A stretch of 26,684 nucleotides of DNA from Caecitellus pseudoparvulus (taxonomy: Eukaryota > Protista > Bigyra: Bicosoecida). Shown one piece after another: positions 20,820 to 26,684 of the stretch (the stretch's first letter is position 1; every line of letters begins with the position of its first letter). A program made the translations under genes and the position numbers. The stretch covers positions 1 through 26,684 of the forward strand of contig CBFFRQ010000188.1 of assembly GCA_965644315.1 (NCBI GenBank), written 5' to 3'. Under the pieces are notes generated by a model, which did no database searches, had not been told where the DNA came from, and was given only the letters and a program-made list of their open reading frames with translations.

Positions 20820-23204
20820 GTCCTCACTCAGCAGCACCAACTTCAACGCCGTGCCAGGCGTGCCGGCAGCGTCATAGTCACTGTAGTCCACACCCTGCTC
20901 CGTCAGCACGTCCTCCAGGTTGAAGTCTGCCACACGCACTGTCGCCACCACGTCGTCCTCATCCCGAGTCCAATCGCCGGGCGCCAGCTCAAACGTCAAG
21001 TGCTCCAGCACCACCACCTCCACAGGTCCTCCCCCGCCGTGCGGGGTCAGCTGCTGGCTGTGGTCGTCAGTGCCAGGCGTGGCCAGCGGCGTCGCGTCCG
21101 CCACCGACACCACCTGCAGGAACGCCACATACTCATGCTCCACCTCGTCCACGGCCACCGTCACATCCACCAGGTTCGACGCCGACCCGGCATTCTCAGA
21201 CACCGACCGCAAGTTCCCGTATGTGATGGATGCAGCCAGTGGCAGCTCCTGCACGTTCACCAGCTTCGGCACGAAGCTCGTCGTCGACGTCACGTGCGAC
21301 CCCCCGTCCTCACTCAGCAGCACCAACTTCAACGCCGTGCCAGGCGTGCCCGCAGCGTTGTAGTCGCTGTAGTCCACACCCTGCTCCGTCAGCACGTCCT
21401 CCAGGTTGAAGTCTGCCACACGCACTGTCGCCACCACGTCGTCCTCATCCCGAGTCCAATCGCCGGGCGCCAGCTCAAACGTCAAGTGCTCCAGCACCAC
21501 CACCTCCACAGGTCCTCCCCCGCCGTGCGGGGTCAGCTGCTGGCTGTGGTCGTCAGTGCCAGGCGTGGCCAGCGGCGTCGCGTCCGCCACCGACACCACC
21601 TGCAGGAACGCCACATACTCATGCTCCACCTCGTCCACGGCCACCGTCACATCCACCAGGTTCGACGCCGACCCGGCATTCTCAGACACCGACCGCAAGT
21701 TCCCGTATGTGATGGATGCAGCCAGTGGCAGCTCCTGCACGTTCACCAGCTTCGGCACGAAGCTCGTCGTCGACGTCACGTGCGACCCCCCGTCCTCACT
21801 CAGCAGCACCAACTTCAACGCCGTGCCAGGCGTGCCGGCAGCGTCATAGTCGCTGTAGTCCACACCCTGCTCCGTCAGCACGTCCTCCAGGTTGAAGTCT
21901 GCCACACGCACTGTCGCCACCACGTCGTCCTCATCCCGAGTCCAATCGCCGGGCGCCAGCTCAAACGTCAAGTGCTCCAGCACCACCACCTCCACAGGTC
22001 CTCCCCCGCCGTGCGGGGTCAGCTGCTGGCTGTGGTCGTCAGTGCCAGGCGTGGCCAGCGGCGTCGCGTCCGCCACCGACACCACCTGCAGGAACGCCAC
22101 ATACTCATGCTCCACCTCGTCCACGGCCACCGTCACATCCACCAGGTTCGACGCCGACCCGGCATTCTCAGACACCGACCGCAAGTTCCCGTATGTGATG
22201 GATGCAGCCAGTGGCAGCTCCTGCACGTTCACCAGCTTCGGCACGAAGCTCGTCGTCGACGTCACGTGCGACCCCCCGTCCTCACTCAGCAGCACCAACT
22301 TCAACGCCGTGCCAGGCGTGCCGGCAGCGTCATAGTCACTGTAGTCCACACCCTGCTCCGTCAGCACGTCCTCCAGGTTGAAGTCTGCCACACGCACTGT
22401 CGCCACCACGTCGTCCTCATCCCGAGTCCAATCGCCGGGCGCCAGCTCAAACGTCAAGTGCTCCAGCACCACCACCTCCACAGGTCCTCCCCCGCCGTGC
22501 GGGGTCAGCTGCTGGCTGTGGTCGTCAGTGCCAGGCGTGGCCAGCGGCGTCGCGTCCGCCACCGACACCACCTGCAGGAACGCCACATACTCATGCTCCA
22601 CCTCGTCCACGGCCACCGTCACATCCACCAGGTTCGACGCCGACCCGGCATTCTCAGACACCGACCGCAAGTTCCCGTATGTGATGGATGCAGCCAGTGG
22701 CAGCTCCTGCACGTTCACCAGCTTCGGCACGAAGCTCGTCGTCGACGTCACGTGCGACCCCCCGTCCTCACTCAGCAGCACCAACTTCAACGCCGTGCCA
22801 GGCGTGCCGGCAGCGTCATAGTCACTGTAGTCCACACCCTGCTCCGTCAGCACGTCCTCCAGGTTGAAGTCTGCCACACGCACTGTCGCCACCACGTCGT
22901 CCTCATCCCGAGTCCAATCGCCGGGCGCCAGCTCAAACGTCAAGTGCTCCAGCACCACCACCTCCACAGGTCCTCCCCCGCCGTGCGGGGTCAGCTGCTG
23001 GCTGTGGTCGTCAGTGCCAGGCGTGGCCAGCGGCGCCCCGTCTGCCACCGACACCACCTGCAGGAACCCCACATATGAATGTGCGAATTCCGGAGTGTTC
23101 TCGAGTGTGATGGTGACCAGGTCTGACGTCGACCCGGCATTCTCAGACACCGCCTGCAAGTTCCCGTACGTGATGGATGCAGTCAATGGCAGCTCCTGCA
23201 CGTT
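15429..23204 (-). repeat. Coding tandem repeat, 16 x 486 bp (485 bp in five copies), each a 162-aa enlarged cadherin-like domain
   Basis: Period of 486 is visible in the sequence and in the ORF track offsets (for example 21406/21892/22378/22864). Internal copies are identical except for a C5/C6 run and a few SNPs about 50-70 bp away. The two terminal copies are partly diverged. Motifs per unit: VSENAG, DFNLED, VNVQE. Confidence 0.95.
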
Positions 23205-25781
23205 GATGAGGTCGACATCTGCACCATCATCATCAGGTACAGGCCCTGCAACTGTAGCTGTGACGGTCACAGTTTGCGGCGCAGCAGGTGACGTCCCGGT
23301 ATAGCCAGTCAAGCCGAGGCCTTCGAAGTCGAAATCAGTGTTGAGCTGAACAAGAAGAGTTATTTCACCATTCGTCGTCGCTGCCCCTGAAACCTTCAGA
23401 TCCAGAAAGTTTGACTCGGTGTCGGTGAAGGTCACGGTTGGGACGGTGGAGGGCTCACCCACAATGATGTCGGCATCTTCGAACGTGAGAGAAAACACAT
23501 TGTGATCAGCAAGGGCAGACTCGGCCACCCCTGAGGACGAGTCACCGTGCAGCGTCATGACTACGTTTGTTGGGCTCTGGTCAACGTTGTTCACAGTCAT
23601 GGTTGCAGTGTGGGAGTTGCTCGCCTGCGCACCGCCGCCCAGCGTCAAGTCAGTCGTAATTCCGCCAGTCCCGCTGTTGAAGGTTGACCCATCAATGGCG
23701 TAAATGTTGGGCACGGACTCGACTGCGGTAATGTCCACATCGCAAGATACTTGTCCGTTTTGGGCGTCGACGAGAGTCACAGCTGCTGAGCAATCAACAC
23801 CAACCGTCGCAGCTGCAATGTCAAAGGATGCAGAGAAGGCAGCAGTGTTCGTGCAGCTCGGAAAAAGATCTGGGCCTTGGATGTCAACAGTAAATGAAGT
23901 TGACGCCAGTTCGTCAACAGCGAAGTCGGCCGTGGAGCCCTGCAACGCATATGTGTCTGCGACGTTGGAGACCGACAGCGTCGCTTCAGGGGATGACTGC
24001 CCAGCGGCCACTGCGGCGGTGATTGTCAAGCCCCAGGGCCCTGTACAATCTGAACCCCCATCTGCTGTGAAGGCATCACGCGCTGTAATGTCGGTGTTGG
24101 CCACGCTGACGGTGTATGTGGCGGAGCCAGAGGAAACCGTCATGTCAGAGCCGCTGATGGTGGACAGGCCGAGAGCGGTCGCGAGACTGCCGGAAAAGGT
24201 AATGCCAGCAACTGTCGAATCATCTTCAATGCTTGTGTCGGTGAAAGTGAGCGTGAAGCCTGAGAAGGCCGTCTTTTCGTTCACTGATGCGGTTGTTGAG
24301 GACCACGCCAGTGACACGGTGTCCAAGACAGTCAGCGTCTCTGGAGCAGTCAAGCTGGTACCGTCAAGCACTGGCTCAATGGAGAAGCTGGGGGTGGTGC
24401 CGAAGTTGACAGCGCCAACGAGGAGCACGAAACCACTAGTCTGGCCGAACAATAGGCTTGCAGTGCTGCCAGACCAGGGACCAGCCTGAACTTCCAGCTC
24501 GTTTGGGTCAAAGCCAGTGAGGGAGCCAGCGAAGTGCACCCGCTTGTCATATGCTGTCGCATCCACATCTCCAGCGCTTACAAAGCTCACAGCCGTTGGG
24601 GGAGTAGGTGTCGACGATGCAACAGGCGTCAGGTATAGCGGCATGGCAGCTCCGACATCTGCATCAGAGCCATCCTTTGCTTGCAAGTCCACTGACACTG
24701 CACCGTACTCATCGTGGGTTGTCGAGACTGCAGGTGTGTCCCCGTTCACGACGTTGGTTATATCGCTGATACTAGCCCCCACCACCTTTGTTGCCGAACT
24801 AGCAGTGTTCAGCACGGAAATGGGGCGAGACAGAGTTGTGGCAACTGAAGCACCAACGAGGTTGAGATCGAAAGCTGCAGCGACAGGATTTTCTGGGTAA
24901 CCATCAAGCCCGAAGGAGTCGTCCAGGGCTTTGATCGTGACGGAGAAGCTCAGCGTGTGGGAGCCGATAGTGGCATCAAAGGTGCTGGTCTGGGCAGCAC
25001 TGCATCCTGACGTGTCAGCGGTAATGTGAATGTTCTCGCGAATGCCGCCACTTGCGACTGAGTGCGAAGCAGCGGGAGTCAAGCTGCACGTCCCAGCTAT
25101 ATTCGATATGCTCACACTGAACGGTACCGTGCCTGGGAGGTTCTGATCGACGAAGAGCTGGAAGAGCGTGTTGCTACCAACGTACACAGTTGCAGAAATT
25201 GGTGCCGTGTAGTCGGTCGAAGTCACGTCGGGCCCGAACGGGGTTGCAGGGTCTGCTTTCGAAAACAGGTATGGCAAATGGCAGCGCCGTGTTGCGGCAT
25301 TGTACTCCAGAATACCAGTGCAAGTTGCGTCGTCGTTGCAGATGGTGTCCAGGGTGTTGCTGCAGGTCTCCTGCGCGTACGAAGAGCCGTCAAACGCAAA
25401 GCAGGCGTCTGTCGCCCCTGTCACGATGGGGTGCAGTGTTGCTCCAGGCACATCAGAGACGATGGCCTGCACAATGCTCTCAGGTAGGGCGTTGTCATTT
25501 CTGTCGACAAATTCGTGGCGGGAGTTGCTCCACTTGGCAACGAAAACCGTCGACGTAGCAGCTGACTGGACAGCAACGACTTCAGACTGCTCCAGCGGCG
25601 TCCAAAGTGACCCGTAGGTGCACGTTGGGGCGGGGTCAAAAGCAGCTGCAGTCTCGACGTCGATGCATGTGTCGAAGTCGGTGTCCCACGTAGCGAGGGT
25701 TCCACTCCCGGGGCAACTTGTTGCCCAAGCACTGCTGACAACAGAGGCAAGGGCCAGGAAGGCCAAGGAAGGTGCTCTCAT
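20805..25781 (-). CDS. N-terminal 1,658-aa intact ORF of the giant cadherin-like protein (secreted; ends at the first G5 frameshift, ...SEDGGRT*)
   Basis: Part of the 1699-aa ORF in the track. The likely start is ATG 25781 (MRAPSLAFLALASVVSSAWA), preceded by a splice-acceptor-like tract. The sequence is acidic, S/T/V/A/G-rich and beta-sandwich-like, with cadherin-type motifs (VNEK, VDE, VNNVDQSP, FEDAD, DFDFEG), followed by five 162-aa repeats. Confidence 0.85.
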   Translation of the reverse strand: MRAPSLAFLALASVVSSAWATSCPGSGTLATWDTDFDTCIDVETAAAFDPAPTCTYGSLWTPLEQSEVVAVQSAATSTVFVAKWSNSRHEFVDRNDNALPESIVQAIVSDVPGATLHPIVTGATDACFAFDGSSYAQETCSNTLDTICNDDATCTGILEYNAATRRCHLPYLFSKADPATPFGPDVTSTDYTAPISATVYVGSNTLFQLFVDQNLPGTVPFSVSISNIAGTCSLTPAASHSVASGGIRENIHITADTSGCSAAQTSTFDATIGSHTLSFSVTIKALDDSFGLDGYPENPVAAAFDLNLVGASVATTLSRPISVLNTASSATKVVGASISDITNVVNGDTPAVSTTHDEYGAVSVDLQAKDGSDADVGAAMPLYLTPVASSTPTPPTAVSFVSAGDVDATAYDKRVHFAGSLTGFDPNELEVQAGPWSGSTASLLFGQTSGFVLLVGAVNFGTTPSFSIEPVLDGTSLTAPETLTVLDTVSLAWSSTTASVNEKTAFSGFTLTFTDTSIEDDSTVAGITFSGSLATALGLSTISGSDMTVSSGSATYTVSVANTDITARDAFTADGGSDCTGPWGLTITAAVAAGQSSPEATLSVSNVADTYALQGSTADFAVDELASTSFTVDIQGPDLFPSCTNTAAFSASFDIAAATVGVDCSAAVTLVDAQNGQVSCDVDITAVESVPNIYAIDGSTFNSGTGGITTDLTLGGGAQASNSHTATMTVNNVDQSPTNVVMTLHGDSSSGVAESALADHNVFSLTFEDADIIVGEPSTVPTVTFTDTESNFLDLKVSGAATTNGEITLLVQLNTDFDFEGLGLTGYTGTSPAAPQTVTVTATVAGPVPDDDGADVDLINVQELPLTASITYGNLQAVSENAGSTSDLVTITLENTPEFAHSYVGFLQVVSVADGAPLATPGTDDHSQQLTPHGGGGPVEVVVLEHLTFELAPGDWTRDEDDVVATVRVADFNLEDVLTEQGVDYSDYDAAGTPGTALKLVLLSEDGGSHVTSTTSFVPKLVNVQELPLAASITYGNLRSVSENAGSASNLVDVTVAVDEVEHEYVAFLQVVSVADATPLATPGTDDHSQQLTPHGGGGPVEVVVLEHLTFELAPGDWTRDEDDVVATVRVADFNLEDVLTEQGVDYSDYDAAGTPGTALKLVLLSEDGGSHVTSTTSFVPKLVNVQELPLAASITYGNLRSVSENAGSASNLVDVTVAVDEVEHEYVAFLQVVSVADATPLATPGTDDHSQQLTPHGGGGPVEVVVLEHLTFELAPGDWTRDEDDVVATVRVADFNLEDVLTEQGVDYSDYDAAGTPGTALKLVLLSEDGGSHVTSTTSFVPKLVNVQELPLAASITYGNLRSVSENAGSASNLVDVTVAVDEVEHEYVAFLQVVSVADATPLATPGTDDHSQQLTPHGGGGPVEVVVLEHLTFELAPGDWTRDEDDVVATVRVADFNLEDVLTEQGVDYSDYNAAGTPGTALKLVLLSEDGGSHVTSTTSFVPKLVNVQELPLAASITYGNLRSVSENAGSASNLVDVTVAVDEVEHEYVAFLQVVSVADATPLATPGTDDHSQQLTPHGGGGPVEVVVLEHLTFELAPGDWTRDEDDVVATVRVADFNLEDVLTEQGVDYSDYDAAGTPGTALKLVLLSEDGGRT
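25338..25715 (-). other. Probable divergent C-type-lectin-like domain at the mature N-terminus
   Basis: Cys spacing CP...W......C ... C..GSL...LEQSE...V ... CFAFDGSSYAQETCSNTLDTIC resembles the long-form CTLD pattern (CPxxW..C; C..G.L; C...WxxxxCxxxxxFIC). The canonical WIGL and WND motifs are absent. Confidence 0.45.
25722..25781 (-). other. Signal peptide coding region (MRAPSLAFLALASVVSSAWA|TSC...)
   Basis: Basic N-region (R), hydrophobic core LAFLALASVV and an A-W-A (AxA) cleavage motif. Confidence 0.8.
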
Positions 25782-25792
25782 GGGCGATGATA

Positions 25793-25821
25793 CTGCAAGG
25801 AGGGTTGAAGGAAGAAATGAA
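25793..25821 (-). promoter_or_regulatory. 3' splice acceptor (polypyrimidine tract + TGCAG) 11 nt upstream of the ATG
   Basis: Minus strand reads TTCATTTCTTCCTTCAACCCTCCTTGCAG|TATCATCGCCC-ATG. Confidence 0.6.
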
Positions 25822-26085
25822 CTTATGTTGTGGAAGTTGAAGGTGTGCAGGCACACAAGCGCAGGGAAGGCGAGGAGAGAAAAGCACGAGGAACAGCTGG
25901 GCACGGCTCCTGCAAAGCCCTCCGCATCAAACTAGCGGGAAGCGTCATCACCAGGCCTCCTTGATCAGTTTTGGGCACTTTGTGAGAGAGCCACAGTGCG
26001 TGAGGGAGGAGGAGCGCGCGCGCAGAAAGGAGCTTTCCGCATGCAAGGTGCAAGTTGCTTCACACCCTCCCTCCGCGCACGGGCG

Positions 26086-26142
26086 CTGCTAGGTCAGGGG
26101 GAAGTCAGACGCACACCATGTACACAGTAGAAAGGCACTCAC
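26086..26142 (-). other. Putative short (54-57 nt) 5'-UTR intron
   Basis: Minus strand: GTGAGT donor (26142-26137), then CTGACTTCCCCCTGAC (branch-point-like CTGAC twice), then CTAGCAG acceptor(s) ending at 26089 or 26086. Confidence 0.35.
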
Positions 26143-26684
26143 GGGAATAGCTTGTCGGTTCGACTTCACGCGTCGTAGCAGGCGGCACAAAGAGGGCAGC
26201 CTGTCTGGCGCGTGCCGAGGTACAAGGCAGGCGCGCACCACGAAATCGTGGCTGGCACCAGCACTCATGCAGTGAGGAGCCCAAACGTAGAAGTCTGGGT
26301 TGGGTGAAGTAATGTGTCCCGGGTCCAGAAGTGAGGGACCTGTGGGTGGCGCACACCAGCGGCCCCTTCAAACCCCCCCCCCTCCTTCCGCTGGCCGCAG
26401 CGACCCAAGCTCGGCGTCCCACTTTGGAGCACTTGTTCGTGCGCGCTGGGGCGATAAAGCCAGCCCTACTCGGCTGCGAAGCAAGGAAGAAAGCTCATTG
26501 GAGACTCTCAAGCATGTGCTGCTTGGATCGGGCCGCTGAAGAACATGCAGCGGCCCAGAAAGGCAAGCCCAGATGTGCAAGTTTTTCAGACGTGCCGCTG
26601 CCGGAGGAGCTTCCCACAAGTGATGGCCCGGAGTCTTAGCTGCCCAGAGCGCTTCGTCCTGTTTTCCTGGAGCGCTGCGCCGTT

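Larger units (their letters stand above)
5627..25781 (-). pseudogene. Giant cadherin-repeat surface/adhesion protein gene, 3'-truncated by the telomere and interrupted by 5 frameshifts plus 1 in-frame TGA (pseudogene or length-variable allele)
   Basis: One continuous protein can be read by joining the minus-strand ORFs 20805-25781, 20320-20808, 18863-20323, 17406-18866, 16435-17409 and 15350-16438 with the unannotated open frame 15349 to 5627. Cadherin Ca2+-binding motifs recur throughout (DKNDPP, PENSPGGTLIG, DRNDAP, AENTPAGTVIG, DEDVG, FDFED, DENDQ, LDFE, DVNE). No stop codon, transmembrane helix or tail is seen before the telomere. Confidence 0.85.

Noticed and set aside
15429-23204. CRISPR array or non-coding satellite
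   Set aside because: There are no unique spacers. The unit length is a multiple of 3 and encodes a protein domain in frame with the flanking unique coding sequence.
25782-25904. 41-aa N-terminal extension from the GTG start given in the ORF track
   Set aside because: The context is eukaryotic. The ATG at 25781 begins a clean signal peptide, and the extension overlaps a polypyrimidine tract and splice acceptor.
5739-25935. Many long plus-strand ORFs (His/Arg-rich up to 777 aa; Ser/Thr-rich 147-388 aa)
   Set aside because: They are antisense shadows of the biased codon usage and repeats of the minus-strand cadherin gene, with no recognisable domains, and they recur with the repeat period.
26105-26684. 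Short ORFs and a C10 run (26373-26382) upstream of the gene
   Set aside because: No recognisable protein features or coding bias. This is probably promoter or intergenic sequence, and no specific element can be supported.

Overview
Left chromosome end of a GC-rich eukaryote, probably a protist. About 5.6 kb of (TAACCC)n telomere (1-5627) is joined, with no subtelomeric spacer, directly into the coding sequence of a giant, apparently intronless cadherin-repeat surface-protein gene on the minus strand (ATG at 25781; about 6,720 codons reconstructed up to the junction). Architecture from the N-terminus: signal peptide, a probable divergent C-type-lectin-like domain, unique Ig/cadherin-like domains, 16 near-identical 486-bp (162-aa) repeats, unique cadherin domains, then about 2.85 copies of a 2256-bp six-cadherin unit and one diverged domain. 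The frame then runs with no stop codon into the telomere, which reads in-frame as (Val-Arg)n to the window edge. The ORF track misses this distal segment of about 3,240 codons. The gene also carries five identical -1 frameshifts at one G6/G5 run, all on one repeat haplotype, and one in-frame TGA at 15350. As written, only a 1,658-aa secreted N-terminal product would be made. The plus-strand ORFs look like antisense shadows of this gene.
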